64,000 nucleotides of DNA. Origin: a virus. Taxonomy: Duplodnaviria > Caudoviricetes. Both the position numbers and the translations under genes were made by a program. The notes beneath the pieces were generated by a model, which did no database searches, had not been told where the DNA came from, and saw only the letters and a program-made list of their open reading frames with translations. The DNA lies in the IMG/VR virus record IMGVR_UViG_3300005805_000082, positions 4,826-68,825 of that record; one strand, given 5' to 3'. Below, piece after piece: positions 9,360-20,299 of this stretch; position 1 is the stretch's first letter; each line of letters opens with the position of its first letter.

Positions 9360-12300
9360 ATGCCGGACCCTATACTGGATTTAATCTTAAGGCGTAAGTC
9401 TGCCAAGGGCAAACTAGATGCAAGCAGAAACTACCAGCCTATAACCATGGCATCCCCTGCCTTCAGTTACATTGGAACTGACGATGAGATGAATGCTAAG
9501 TTTGAGTTGGATGATATCAACGCTCAGATCTCTAGCCTGGGCCTTGATCCAGATTATGCAGAGGGTAAGATAGGAGATCTTCCTGACAATACTCCAGACT
9601 TCCTTGTTAGGGACGTATTGAATATAGAGAATCCTGTAGACCTTGCTAGAAAGAAGGCTGCCATCAAATGGCAAGCTCCTATTGCTAGGGCTATAGATAA
9701 TATTGCTGATCCCGAAGGGAAGCAAAAGGCAAAGGAAGAATTATCGTGGGTGTATAATGGCATTCGTGGTGATGAGAAAAGTAATTATGAGACTGCATAT
9801 AATGCAACCAAGGCAGCGGTTGATATAATCAGGAAGTACAATGGGTCAGGTGATATAGATGATATGCTGAAGAACCTTAGGGTTGATTCAGAGTACGGTC
9901 TTGCTAAAAGTATGCTTCGTGATCCAGCAGCACAAAAGCGTTGGGAGTCTTTGGGCCTAAATCCTGTACAGGGTATTGCCCTTGACTTCAAAGAATTATT
10001 TGACGATAACGGTAAAGAGTTTAAGAAACAAATAACTCAAAAGGTGGAGGCCCCTGATGCCCTCAGTGAGCAGAACATAAAGAAGGCAGAGCTTGAAAGA
10101 TACGGGTACAGCATCCTTGGCAATGAGATTGATTATCTCCTTGATAAGAATACTAGCGTAGTAAAGCAAGCTAACGAATACTACAGTCAGAATAAACCTA
10201 GGCTTGATGAGCTAGGCAAGCAGATTGGCAACGACTCAAAGCTTACCGATGAAATGAAGGTCAAGCTTTCTGGGTTTCAGAAAGAATACAATGATGCACT
10301 GATGGGAAGGGATGGAGAGGTGTTTACTAGTCCGTTTACATTTGATGGTCTCAAGGAAAAGGTAGAGTCAAAGACTGCATCTTCATATGAATTGAGGGAG
10401 TACAACAAGATGGCGGGAAAGTTGAATGCCATCGTAAATAAATACAAAGGCGATTTTGATACATACAACCAAACTGCTACAGAACAAAACGAATCAGTTC
10501 GGGAGTACAACAAGATTGTAAATAAAATCCAGGAGTCATACCAACAGTTGGGTGACTACAATAATCTTGGCGCTTGGGCTGAGTACTTAGCCAAGCAAAG
10601 GAATACACTTGGTGATCGCTACCCTGAGTACAAGCAACAAGAGCTTGAGGGATTGGTAAAGGATCTTGCAGGTGATAATGTAGGACTAGGTGAGAAGACA
10701 GCATTTAGATTGGCTCAGTCTATAGGTGGTGAAGCTGTTGATGGTGTGCGCAAGGTATGGAACAACCTGACTATATGGGATGGCGATAAGCTGCGTGAGA
10801 CCGAGATGGGTGATGCCTACAGGAGAAGAGTTGAAGACGTGATATTCAGCTACGAGACTGGTGACCAGATGCTGAAGGATGAACGTAGTGTTATACCTGT
10901 AGTTCCAAAGGAGGTACAGGAGCAGCTTAATGCTATCAAGAATAGCAACATGTCTGAGGAAGATAGGTACCAGGCAAACTATGACATTGTAAGTAAAGCT
11001 TTTGATGGAAAGAAAATACAGTATGTTGCTAATCCTAAGTACGGTAAGTACAATATAACTGCCGATTCGATACTCAATACTATATCAAGCGTTTCTTCAC
11101 AGTTCATTGGACAGATGGTCCAGTCTTATCTGACTGGGGGATTTGGTAATGTTTCTAAGTTGAGGAGGTTGACTACGCTATTTGGTACAACAGCAGCACA
11201 GACATTCTCAAGAGAGTATGACGCAGCTGTACAACGTGGTGACTCAAATCCATTTGAGCAGGCTGTAACCAAATCCTTTATTGAGGGCGTAAGTGAATTA
11301 CCATTTGATAATATTGAGTTTGTAAAGAAGCTGTCTCCTCAGTTTACTAGGTTGGCGGGAGATATGAGTCAGGCAGAATGGGCTGCACTCCGTTCCGGCA
11401 AGATGCCTGGAAACCTTGGAAGAGAGTTTGTTAATGCCGTAGAATCTGTGGCTAAAGAAGGCGTACTTGAAGAGGGGTTGGCTCAGGTCGGGGGTAATAT
11501 TGCAGACAAGTATCTGTTCGGTAAGGATAAGGATATCACAGAAGGACTTGACGTGGCCATGCTCGCAGGTACAATTGGTTTTGCGCCAATGTCACTGATC
11601 GGTCTACCCATGAAATACAGGTCCGCAAACATGGGTAACAAGCTCATGATGTACCAAGCTGGATACAAAGCAGACCAGGTGATCAATGCCATCAATCAGC
11701 AGTTGGCGGATGGTGGTATCACAGCAGAGGAAGCGAAGCAGAGGATTGAGTCAGTTAAGTTAATGAAGGAAGTGGTTGGCAAGATGAGTATGTACGATGC
11801 TAACGGCAAGCCACTTACAGATAATCAGAAGGCACAGTTTGCCTGGAACGAGTACACTAAACTCAAGGCAAAAGATATTGAAGGTCTACCTGAGCAGCAG
11901 AAGCAAGAGGTGGAGCAAGTAGTTAAAGAGGCGGATCAAAGTAGTAGTAACATATTAAACGGTACAGAAGATGCCACTTATGAAAGCCAAAGGCCCATGC
12001 AAGGAATGCCTGCAGAAGGCGATCTCCAACAACCTCAGGCAGTTGGACAAGGACAACAAGAAGCTAGCCAAGCCACGCAGTCGCAAACAAATATTGGCAA
12101 TAGCAATATCGGCAGCCAAGGGGGAGTAAGGGTATACACTGTTGACACAATCGATACCCTGCCTGCCGAGAACCTCGATGAGGTGCAGACCCAGGTGGTT
12201 ACTGATATCAAGTCCGCCACCAAAGCTGTAGCCAATCTTGCGATTGAGTCTACAGACAAGCCTGTATCTGTCCACATCCATGACACTCCTGAATCCTACG

Positions 12301-15300
12301 AGAAAGCTGTAATGATGGCGGGTGGTAGCAGGCAGGAGGCTAGCGGATCAAGGGGATTCTATTTGGCTAACGATGGCTCCATGCATTTCAACATGGACAA
12401 GGTAGCTAGGGATACAGGTAAACACGAGCCGTTCCATATTGTACTTGACTATGTGGCGCAGAAAGCACCTGAGAAGGTTAACGAGTTGTTCAATCAGCTT
12501 CAGTCTATCACAGGTGGTCAAGGTGCTGCATCGGATCTTATTGCTAGGAACCAGAGGTTGTACGAAGGCGACAACACTCAGAAGAAGGAAGCCATCACAG
12601 ACTTCTTTGCTAGGTTGAAGACGGGTCAGTTCAAGGTTGATCAGACAAACTTCGACAAGGTCAAGACATTTGTCGCCAATGTTTTGGATACACTTGGATT
12701 CAAGGATGTCGCAACCAAGGTAAGGAATGCAACCTCATCCCTGAATACTGAAGGGGCAACTGAACTGATGAGTCTGTTGGATATGGTAGGTCGTAAGTTT
12801 GAGACTGGAGAGAGCATCGAGGTTAAGGATCTTGAGACATACATACAGAAGGCTGAGACCTCTCAGACTAGCGATGGTGTAGATACCAACATCGACATCT
12901 CCGACATGCCTGAGTCAGGTCGGGGGATACAGTTTACCAAGGATGTTGCTGATGAAACGCTGAGAGCTGTGAAGACCGCCATTGTAAGTGCAAAGGATTT
13001 GGCGGGTACTAAGATATCTAGAACATTGTTCTATGACAATACAAGAGTAGGTAAGCTTCAGATAAAGAACAGGCTTACAGGATACACTCCTGACGTTGAC
13101 GGTAAGGGTGGGTTCTTCTACTCATACATGCCTGAAGCTATTAAGAACAAGGCGGTGCTTGCGTTCACAAGTGTGAACCAGGCTATCCAAACATTGCAGA
13201 GGCAGCTCATGTACCCTGATGCGGTACAGGCTATTGCTGCACAGAATGTACAGACTGCCCACCTCGGTAACAAGTCTACACTGAAGGCTTTGTTCGGTGA
13301 GGGTGATGTGATGGGAATATTCCAAGAGTCAGTAAAGGGTAACAAGGAAGGTGAGCAGGAGTTGCTGAAGGTGTTGCTTGATTCTGTAAATGAACTTGCA
13401 GGTAAGCGTAACCTGAAGACGGGCGAGATGACACCTGAGGCTGTGCTGATGACTAAGGTGTTGGAGAAGGCAGGTGAAGTAAACAGTATCGATGAGTTTA
13501 GGGATAAGGTATTGATTGGCGATGGTGACTCATTTGGTACAAGGAATACTCTATTCCAATACATGCTGCAGGAGAAGCCTACTAAGGTTACTAAGAATAC
13601 CCGTGACTCTCATAACATCCTCCACTACAAGTATGGTATCCCAACCATAGCTGAGATTGCTGAGGGTAATAACCAAAGCCAACTGAATAATGCTGAGACA
13701 GGGGATGTGGTCAAGATGGTTAAGCCATACACTGATCCTGTAATATATACAACCATCCCTGAGATATACGAGCAGTACAAGAGTAAGCCTACTCCTGAGA
13801 TGGTGAAGAACGGTATCAGCATTGAGCTGCTGCCTGAGTCTATGAACCATGAGTCTTACCCGTTTGTTTTGAGGGGTGAGAACGTAGGTGTTCTTGACAA
13901 CTACATTGCAGCTACAAGCTTGTATGAGCAGTTCAAAGATCTTCCAAAGAAGCAGGCGTTCTATAACGTAGGCAGGATGAAGAAGGATGCTGATGCGGGT
14001 ACAGTTCCACAAGAGGCAGTACCGCAGGGAGCTCCTGCGTTTTCAAAGATTGAAACTGAAGAGATCCTTAATGGTTTCTACTCTCCAATAGTAAAGAGGG
14101 TGAACGAGTTCAAGCAGCCTAAAGCCTCCGCCACTAAGTGGAAGGAGATTGTGGGTATGAAGTCTGATGAGGCTGTGTTCTCAGGCTTGGCAGACTGGCT
14201 CGGGGGCATGAAGCCTGATCAGCAGGTATCTAAGGAAGATGTCCTCAAGTTCATGAAGGATAATAGGATTGAGATCAGAGAGGTAGAGAAGAGTGACGAC
14301 ACAACAAGACTCGGAGAAATAATTGATAGGAAGAACGAGATTGAGGAAGAGGCTAACAAGATAGCTTATCAGACAGGAGTGTTTGATCAAAGGGCGTATA
14401 GAAAATACCTCATTGATAGTGATGAGTATTATAATCTTGAGAAGGAAGAGCAGGAACTTAAGAAAGCGTCTAGCGAAAGCCGTACTAAATTCTCAAGCTA
14501 CCAACTTCCAGGTGGAGAGAACTATAAGGAGGTGTTGATTACTTTGCCTAACAGAGATGTTGACCAAAAAAAGATTGAAGAGTTTAACACTAGACTGCAG
14601 AAAGCGTCTTCTGACGAATCTCAGAGGCTTGATGACTTTGAAAGAGATATGCAATCAAAGTGGGGTATGGGTTGGGAACAATTCTTATCTCCACAAGTTA
14701 ACGAAGCAGACTATAACAAATGGATGTCTTTAACAGAGGCTGCAGGAAAAAATAACAATACTGATGAGTATAATAAAATTCTAGAGGAGAAAAGTCAGTA
14801 CATAAATAGTGTTACTAATAAGTTTGTTACGTTTGTTTCATCTCACTTCTCAGATCCCAACATCATTACTCACCTTAGGATGAACACCCGTACAGATTCC
14901 GATGGTAAGAAGGTATTGTTCCTTGAGGAGGTGCAGTCAGACTGGGGTCAGAAGGGTAAGAGAGAAGGGTTTGCTAAACCATTTGTTGATAAGACTCTTG
15001 AAGATTGGTTAAACGGTGAGCGTTCTGAGGATAGTGTTTTAGATGGACTTATAGATAAATATAATGTTGACACAAGTGGTGAGTATGGAATTGAATCTAA
15101 ATTAGAAGAAATATTAAAGAATCAGAAGATAGGAGTATCTGCCGCTCCATACGTAACCAACACCAACGCTTGGGTAAAGCTTGGATTAAAGGTTGCATTG
15201 AAGGAGGCTGTCAAGCAGGGTGCAGATAGAATAGCTTGGACTACAGGTGATCAGCAGAATGAAAGGTATGACCTTAGCAAGCAGGTTGATGAGATTCAGT

Positions 15301-18300
15301 ATAACGATAACGGTGATGGAACATATAGCTATTCTGCTGTCAAAAGAAATACGGAGGTAGCTTCTAAGGAAGACGTTGACATTAAGACCATCGAGGCGGA
15401 TCTCGGTAAGGATATTGCAGATAAGATACTAAAGTCTGAAGGATCTAAAGTTCCATTTGCAGATATTGAAGGTGTAAGGTCCTTGAAAGGACAAGACCTT
15501 AAGGTTGGCGGTAAAGGAATGAAAGCCTTCTATGGTGACGTTCAGAATCCAGGTATTGTTGCTAACGTAGCTAAGGCCTTGGTTAAGGAGTTGACTGGCA
15601 AGGAAGGTCAGATTGTAAAATCGCAGATTGAGGTTGGTAAAGATGAAGATGCTCTACGCCAGGAGATGAGGGGACAAGAGGCCTTGAACGAGTTTGTAAA
15701 CATTTCAACAGAGGACATACCAAGTCTTAGGTCGGTCCAACCCGCCATTGACATCACCCCAGAACTTAAGGCTGCTGTCCAAGGTGGTATACCACAGTTC
15801 TCCAAGAAAGAAATCTACCACAACACAGATAAGGAGGGAGACCTTACTGAAGGTTCTGCCTGGTTTACATCTGCCAAAGGTTATGTACCTGGGAGAAGCA
15901 AGCCTAAGTATTCTATACCAAGAACAATTGATCTGACTCAGTTCAATCTTGGAAACAGAAAAGACTTCAATGAAGCAGGTGGCAAGAACAATGACGCTAC
16001 CAAGCAGGCTCTTATCGAAAAGGGGTTTGATGGAGTTAAGTATACTGTCGATGGCGATACCCACTATTGGATATTTGATGTAAGCAAGCTTGATGCACCA
16101 CAGTTCTCTAAGGTTGGAGACTTTGTCAAGCAATCTACAGGAGGTATAGTAGATAAGATATCTGACCTAGTTACTAGGATGGGATATGGATACCTGCCTG
16201 AGGATGTTCGGGAGAGACTGAAGAAGAAGCAGAGACTGATTGATGCGGATCTCAATGAGATGAACGTATTGTCTAAGAGACTCGGTGATGCAGTAAAGGA
16301 AGCCTACGGTAAGGAGTACAAGAAGCTAGACGATGCAACCATGACCCTTCTTGACAATGCGCTCAGGAACTTTGAGGGTCTGACCCTGAAGGAGAAGGCT
16401 GCAGAGGCAGCTAAGATTCCTGATAGGGTGCTCTCTATTATAGAGCAAATGCGTGCAAATATCGATGGTATGTCTATAAAACTTATAGACCTCGATATAC
16501 TTGACGATATGTTTGAGCCTGTGTTTGACGGAGAGAAGGGGTTCGGGGCTTACCTGACTAGGACATACAGAAAGTATGACGACCCTGAGTGGGTGAAGAA
16601 GATACCCGAAGAGGTACGCAATCGTGCGATCAAGTACCTGAAGGAAAACAATTTCGTAAGGCAGTTTGATGAGAATGGCAATGAGCTTGAAGAGAGAGAG
16701 CTTACAGACCAGGAGGTCGAAGGCTTGATTAATTATATAGCCACCAACATGCAGCCTGTTATGCAGGGTCTGTCTAGTGCTAACCTCGGTAAGACTAAGG
16801 TGGACATCCTGAAAGGAAGAAAGGAAATACCCCAAGAGATCAGGGACCTGATGGGTGAGTACAAAGACCCAATGGTAAACTTTGCTAAGTCATTCGCCAA
16901 GATGTCTAGCCTGATCCATACCCACCAAACTCTCAAGGCTATTGCTGACGCTAACAAGGGTACGCTGTTCTTTGACCGTCCTACTGGCGATAACTACGTA
17001 CCTGTAGCGGGTGAGGACTCAAACTTCCTGCAGCCTTTGTCAGGTCTGTATACCACCCCTGAAATTGCTGAAGCATTCAAGAAGGTGGAGGCTAGCCTAG
17101 ATGGTGATGATATTAACCTTCGATTACTCAGGATATTGGCAGGTATAAACGGTATAGTTAAGGTTGGTAAGACAGCCTTGTCCCCAGCATCGTGGGTACG
17201 TAACGTAATTGGTGGTCACATCATTATGATGAAGGATGGCCACCTGTTCGGGAACGGTTACACAGATGGATGGAAGAGTGCCATCGGATATTTTGCCAAC
17301 AAGAGCAAGGAGGATCCTGCCTTCCAGGCAAAGATGCGTGAGTACATTGAGCAGGGTATCCTTGGAGATGGCGTACAGTCTGGTGAGTTCCAAGCCATCA
17401 TCAAAGCAGCACAGAAGCACGATGACCCAATAGAATGGTTGAAGTCAGATAGTAAGCTTGGCAAGATGGTAAGTGGTGTGAAGGGATTCTATTCAGCTCA
17501 GGATGACATTTTCCGTGTGTGGACATATGAGAATGAAAAGGCAAGGCTAAAAAAGAGAAAGCCTAGCATGACTGAGGAGCAGCTCAATGCAGAGGCTTCA
17601 CGAAAAGCAAGGGCTGTCTACCCAACCTACTCTGAACTACCTGAGGTGGTACGCCAATTGGCTAAGTTCATCCCGATCTCATCCTTCCCTGCATTCTCTG
17701 CAGAACTTATAAGGACAACTAAGAACTCAGTTAAGATAGCTATCGAGGAAATCAGGGACCCTGACATGAGGGATGTTGGAATCAAGCGTCTTGCTGGGGT
17801 GATTAGTGCGATGAGTTTTGGTAGTGCATTAGCAGGCTTGAGTTCCATGTTGGTTGGTGTAGGGGATGATGAGGAGCAGGCAATCAGAAGATACTTCCCA
17901 GAATGGAGCAAGAATAGTCCGGTGATTTGGTTGGGACGTGATGACAATGGTTTGCCTAAGTACATAGATCTCGGATTCTCTGATCCATTCTCATACTTTA
18001 AGAAGCCTGTAGTTGCTCTGACCAATGATGACAATGAAATGTCTGACAGGATTAAGAGTGCTGTAGGTGAAGTAGCTGCTCCGTTTGTATCTCCAGAAAT
18101 TTTCCTTTCTGCCCTAGTCAAAGGAACTAAGAAGCTAAAAGAAAGCGATGATCTTGATCAGGTGATGGGTAAGTATGCAGGACCTGTATACGAAGCTCTT
18201 GAGCCTGGATTGGTGGCAAGCTTGAGAAGAATAGGCAAGGGAATGATGGGGGATGTTGATAGGTACGGTCAACAGTATGATGCAGGTCTTGAGCTCTTAG

Positions 18301-18665
18301 CATTCTTCTCTGGTCAGCGTATCAAGAAGATGGATGTGCCTGTAGGATTCAGTTTCAAGGGTAAGGAGTTTGTCAGCGCTAAGCGTGACATCATGGGAGA
18401 CTACTACATCGAGAAAGCTAAGACCGATGGCGATCCTGAGAAGCAGGCTGAGGAATTGGCGGATGCAAACGAGAAGGTTGAAAAGTATTTCAACGAGCTT
18501 AAGAAAGACTACGATGCTGCAATGATTCTTATGACTAGAACAATGCCAGCTGCACAGGCAAAGAAGATCCTGAAGAACACTATGAAGGACCGTAATGTAC
18601 CGAATGATTTTATAAAAGCTATAGAGAAAGGAACCGAATACCCTAAGATTGAAGATGATAAATGA
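9360..18665 (+). CDS. Giant polyvalent/ejection protein (HExxH metallopeptidase-like, ExQSDW domain, minimal ART-like domain)
   Basis: 3101 aa; HEPFH at 12423, EEVQSDW at 14925, YHNT..WFT..GFDGV at 15807-16094; modules separated by xQFSK-type linkers. Confidence 0.7.
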   Translation: MPDPILDLILRRKSAKGKLDASRNYQPITMASPAFSYIGTDDEMNAKFELDDINAQISSLGLDPDYAEGKIGDLPDNTPDFLVRDVLNIENPVDLARKKAAIKWQAPIARAIDNIADPEGKQKAKEELSWVYNGIRGDEKSNYETAYNATKAAVDIIRKYNGSGDIDDMLKNLRVDSEYGLAKSMLRDPAAQKRWESLGLNPVQGIALDFKELFDDNGKEFKKQITQKVEAPDALSEQNIKKAELERYGYSILGNEIDYLLDKNTSVVKQANEYYSQNKPRLDELGKQIGNDSKLTDEMKVKLSGFQKEYNDALMGRDGEVFTSPFTFDGLKEKVESKTASSYELREYNKMAGKLNAIVNKYKGDFDTYNQTATEQNESVREYNKIVNKIQESYQQLGDYNNLGAWAEYLAKQRNTLGDRYPEYKQQELEGLVKDLAGDNVGLGEKTAFRLAQSIGGEAVDGVRKVWNNLTIWDGDKLRETEMGDAYRRRVEDVIFSYETGDQMLKDERSVIPVVPKEVQEQLNAIKNSNMSEEDRYQANYDIVSKAFDGKKIQYVANPKYGKYNITADSILNTISSVSSQFIGQMVQSYLTGGFGNVSKLRRLTTLFGTTAAQTFSREYDAAVQRGDSNPFEQAVTKSFIEGVSELPFDNIEFVKKLSPQFTRLAGDMSQAEWAALRSGKMPGNLGREFVNAVESVAKEGVLEEGLAQVGGNIADKYLFGKDKDITEGLDVAMLAGTIGFAPMSLIGLPMKYRSANMGNKLMMYQAGYKADQVINAINQQLADGGITAEEAKQRIESVKLMKEVVGKMSMYDANGKPLTDNQKAQFAWNEYTKLKAKDIEGLPEQQKQEVEQVVKEADQSSSNILNGTEDATYESQRPMQGMPAEGDLQQPQAVGQGQQEASQATQSQTNIGNSNIGSQGGVRVYTVDTIDTLPAENLDEVQTQVVTDIKSATKAVANLAIESTDKPVSVHIHDTPESYEKAVMMAGGSRQEASGSRGFYLANDGSMHFNMDKVARDTGKHEPFHIVLDYVAQKAPEKVNELFNQLQSITGGQGAASDLIARNQRLYEGDNTQKKEAITDFFARLKTGQFKVDQTNFDKVKTFVANVLDTLGFKDVATKVRNATSSLNTEGATELMSLLDMVGRKFETGESIEVKDLETYIQKAETSQTSDGVDTNIDISDMPESGRGIQFTKDVADETLRAVKTAIVSAKDLAGTKISRTLFYDNTRVGKLQIKNRLTGYTPDVDGKGGFFYSYMPEAIKNKAVLAFTSVNQAIQTLQRQLMYPDAVQAIAAQNVQTAHLGNKSTLKALFGEGDVMGIFQESVKGNKEGEQELLKVLLDSVNELAGKRNLKTGEMTPEAVLMTKVLEKAGEVNSIDEFRDKVLIGDGDSFGTRNTLFQYMLQEKPTKVTKNTRDSHNILHYKYGIPTIAEIAEGNNQSQLNNAETGDVVKMVKPYTDPVIYTTIPEIYEQYKSKPTPEMVKNGISIELLPESMNHESYPFVLRGENVGVLDNYIAATSLYEQFKDLPKKQAFYNVGRMKKDADAGTVPQEAVPQGAPAFSKIETEEILNGFYSPIVKRVNEFKQPKASATKWKEIVGMKSDEAVFSGLADWLGGMKPDQQVSKEDVLKFMKDNRIEIREVEKSDDTTRLGEIIDRKNEIEEEANKIAYQTGVFDQRAYRKYLIDSDEYYNLEKEEQELKKASSESRTKFSSYQLPGGENYKEVLITLPNRDVDQKKIEEFNTRLQKASSDESQRLDDFERDMQSKWGMGWEQFLSPQVNEADYNKWMSLTEAAGKNNNTDEYNKILEEKSQYINSVTNKFVTFVSSHFSDPNIITHLRMNTRTDSDGKKVLFLEEVQSDWGQKGKREGFAKPFVDKTLEDWLNGERSEDSVLDGLIDKYNVDTSGEYGIESKLEEILKNQKIGVSAAPYVTNTNAWVKLGLKVALKEAVKQGADRIAWTTGDQQNERYDLSKQVDEIQYNDNGDGTYSYSAVKRNTEVASKEDVDIKTIEADLGKDIADKILKSEGSKVPFADIEGVRSLKGQDLKVGGKGMKAFYGDVQNPGIVANVAKALVKELTGKEGQIVKSQIEVGKDEDALRQEMRGQEALNEFVNISTEDIPSLRSVQPAIDITPELKAAVQGGIPQFSKKEIYHNTDKEGDLTEGSAWFTSAKGYVPGRSKPKYSIPRTIDLTQFNLGNRKDFNEAGGKNNDATKQALIEKGFDGVKYTVDGDTHYWIFDVSKLDAPQFSKVGDFVKQSTGGIVDKISDLVTRMGYGYLPEDVRERLKKKQRLIDADLNEMNVLSKRLGDAVKEAYGKEYKKLDDATMTLLDNALRNFEGLTLKEKAAEAAKIPDRVLSIIEQMRANIDGMSIKLIDLDILDDMFEPVFDGEKGFGAYLTRTYRKYDDPEWVKKIPEEVRNRAIKYLKENNFVRQFDENGNELEERELTDQEVEGLINYIATNMQPVMQGLSSANLGKTKVDILKGRKEIPQEIRDLMGEYKDPMVNFAKSFAKMSSLIHTHQTLKAIADANKGTLFFDRPTGDNYVPVAGEDSNFLQPLSGLYTTPEIAEAFKKVEASLDGDDINLRLLRILAGINGIVKVGKTALSPASWVRNVIGGHIIMMKDGHLFGNGYTDGWKSAIGYFANKSKEDPAFQAKMREYIEQGILGDGVQSGEFQAIIKAAQKHDDPIEWLKSDSKLGKMVSGVKGFYSAQDDIFRVWTYENEKARLKKRKPSMTEEQLNAEASRKARAVYPTYSELPEVVRQLAKFIPISSFPAFSAELIRTTKNSVKIAIEEIRDPDMRDVGIKRLAGVISAMSFGSALAGLSSMLVGVGDDEEQAIRRYFPEWSKNSPVIWLGRDDNGLPKYIDLGFSDPFSYFKKPVVALTNDDNEMSDRIKSAVGEVAAPFVSPEIFLSALVKGTKKLKESDDLDQVMGKYAGPVYEALEPGLVASLRRIGKGMMGDVDRYGQQYDAGLELLAFFSGQRIKKMDVPVGFSFKGKEFVSAKRDIMGDYYIEKAKTDGDPEKQAEELADANEKVEKYFNELKKDYDAAMILMTRTMPAAQAKKILKNTMKDRNVPNDFIKAIEKGTEYPKIEDDK

Positions 18666-19098
18666 AGCAGGAAAAGAACTGATTAAATCCTATGAAGGCC
18701 TCAGGCTGAAGAGTTATAAGTGCTCAGCCGGAAAGGACACCATCGGATTTGGCGTAACCTTCTACGAAGATGGGCGCCCCGTTAAGCCTGGAGATACCAT
18801 TACTCTGGAAAGGGCTCACAAGTTATTCGACTTCATTATATCCAAGTTCACTAACAAGGTTAAGAGTTTAGTCAAGACAGAGATCAATGACAATCAGCTG
18901 TCGGCACTGGTAAGCTTTGCCTACAACTGTGGCATAGCTAACCTAATGAACTCAACCTTACTTAAGAAAGTAAACGCAAATCCAAACGACCCAACCATAG
19001 AAGACGAGTTCAAGAAGTGGACCAAGGCAGGAGGGAAGCAGCTCGGGGGGTTGGTAAAAAGAAGAGAAGCAGAAGCAAAACTATACTTTAATGTTTAA
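18649..19098 (+). CDS. GH24 phage lysozyme (endolysin)
   Basis: EGLRLKSYKCSAGKDTIGFG, ALVSFAYNCG and C-terminal GLVKRREAE motifs. Confidence 0.92.
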   Translation: MKMINEAGKELIKSYEGLRLKSYKCSAGKDTIGFGVTFYEDGRPVKPGDTITLERAHKLFDFIISKFTNKVKSLVKTEINDNQLSALVSFAYNCGIANLMNSTLLKKVNANPNDPTIEDEFKKWTKAGGKQLGGLVKRREAEAKLYFNV

Positions 19099-20299
19099 TA
19101 CACTATTCTCAGAAGAACCAAAGGACAAAGTAAGTGTCCTGAATAAACAGAAGCAGATGACAATCGATGCTAAGAGCTTGTCATTTGATGAATGGAATAA
19201 GAAGTGGGGCAACATGGATGCAGAGGATACTAAAGCTTTCTTCCCAGGGCAGATCTATGAAGGCAAGGGGACATACAAGATGTTCAAAGAGTTTGATCCT
19301 GCTGTATACGACAAGCGTATATCTACTGAGACCAAGAGGTTAGAGACTGCAAAGAAGGAGGACGAGAGATTGACAAGTGAAGCTGCACAGAAGGCAGGGT
19401 TCCTGAAGACTTACATGCAGAACCAGTCAGATGTAGAGAGGATCTACAAAGAAGCTCCCTCTAAATTTGGATACGATCCAAATGAAGACCTAGATCCTGT
19501 TTCATATTTTAAGGCGGGCATGATGAAGGAAGCTGAGGAGAGGATAAAGAATAAGCAGGGTATAGGTCTTACGGGAGATCCCAAGAATGAGATGGTTTGT
19601 ATCAAAGGTATATGTACACTAGCTGCTAACCAAGGAGTAGACTTCTCAAAAGCGTTCAGCGATCCCAAGTACAAGGAGGGGGTAGACATTGATGAGAAGG
19701 GAAGAATGATACCGCAGTACAATCCATTCTTTGCAGAAGCTTATGAGAAGGCTGGGTTCCAAAAGCTACCCAAGGGGGAGAAGCCAAAGCCTGGTGACTT
19801 TGCTCAGTATTACACTGATGGGAAGCCCAAGCATATGGAGATGGTATTGGCGGATAAGGGAGACAGTATTGAGACTTTCAACAATTATGAACTTTACAAT
19901 ACATACGTAACCCATTTGGTAGAAGAAGAGGATGGCGCTGGTAGATCCATCAGACAATACCAGGGCAACACGCCTAACGTAGGCGCATACAGTCAAACGG
20001 ATTATTATAGAATAAGCCCCGAAACAGCAGCAGCTGCACTTGCTAAGAACCCTGAATACTCAAAGAAGGTAGAGGGTAAGAAAGCCTTTGAAACCTCAGA
20101 AGAGAAGAAGCGTTATGACGAGGCTACCAAATTTCTAGTAGATAACAAGAGTGTGAACGTATTTGGAGAAGACCAAGGTCTGATGCAGGATATTATCAAA
20201 GGCATCAGGTCGGGGGCTAAGAAGGAGGACCTTATCAAATCTCTAATACCTAAATCTAAAAACCCAAGACTGCTAGAAAGAACAATCAACAATCTATGA
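19091..20299 (+). CDS. Protein with NlpC/P60/CHAP-like Cys-His peptidase domain
   Basis: VCIKGIC...PKPGDF...HMEMV pattern of papain-fold amidases. Confidence 0.55.
   Translation: MFNTLFSEEPKDKVSVLNKQKQMTIDAKSLSFDEWNKKWGNMDAEDTKAFFPGQIYEGKGTYKMFKEFDPAVYDKRISTETKRLETAKKEDERLTSEAAQKAGFLKTYMQNQSDVERIYKEAPSKFGYDPNEDLDPVSYFKAGMMKEAEERIKNKQGIGLTGDPKNEMVCIKGICTLAANQGVDFSKAFSDPKYKEGVDIDEKGRMIPQYNPFFAEAYEKAGFQKLPKGEKPKPGDFAQYYTDGKPKHMEMVLADKGDSIETFNNYELYNTYVTHLVEEEDGAGRSIRQYQGNTPNVGAYSQTDYYRISPETAAAALAKNPEYSKKVEGKKAFETSEEKKRYDEATKFLVDNKSVNVFGEDQGLMQDIIKGIRSGAKKEDLIKSLIPKSKNPRLLERTINNL

Noticed and set aside
9360-18665. Virion RNA polymerase in the giant gene
   Set aside because: No NADFDGD/DxDxD catalytic motif in a plausible context; motifs fit a polyvalent protein
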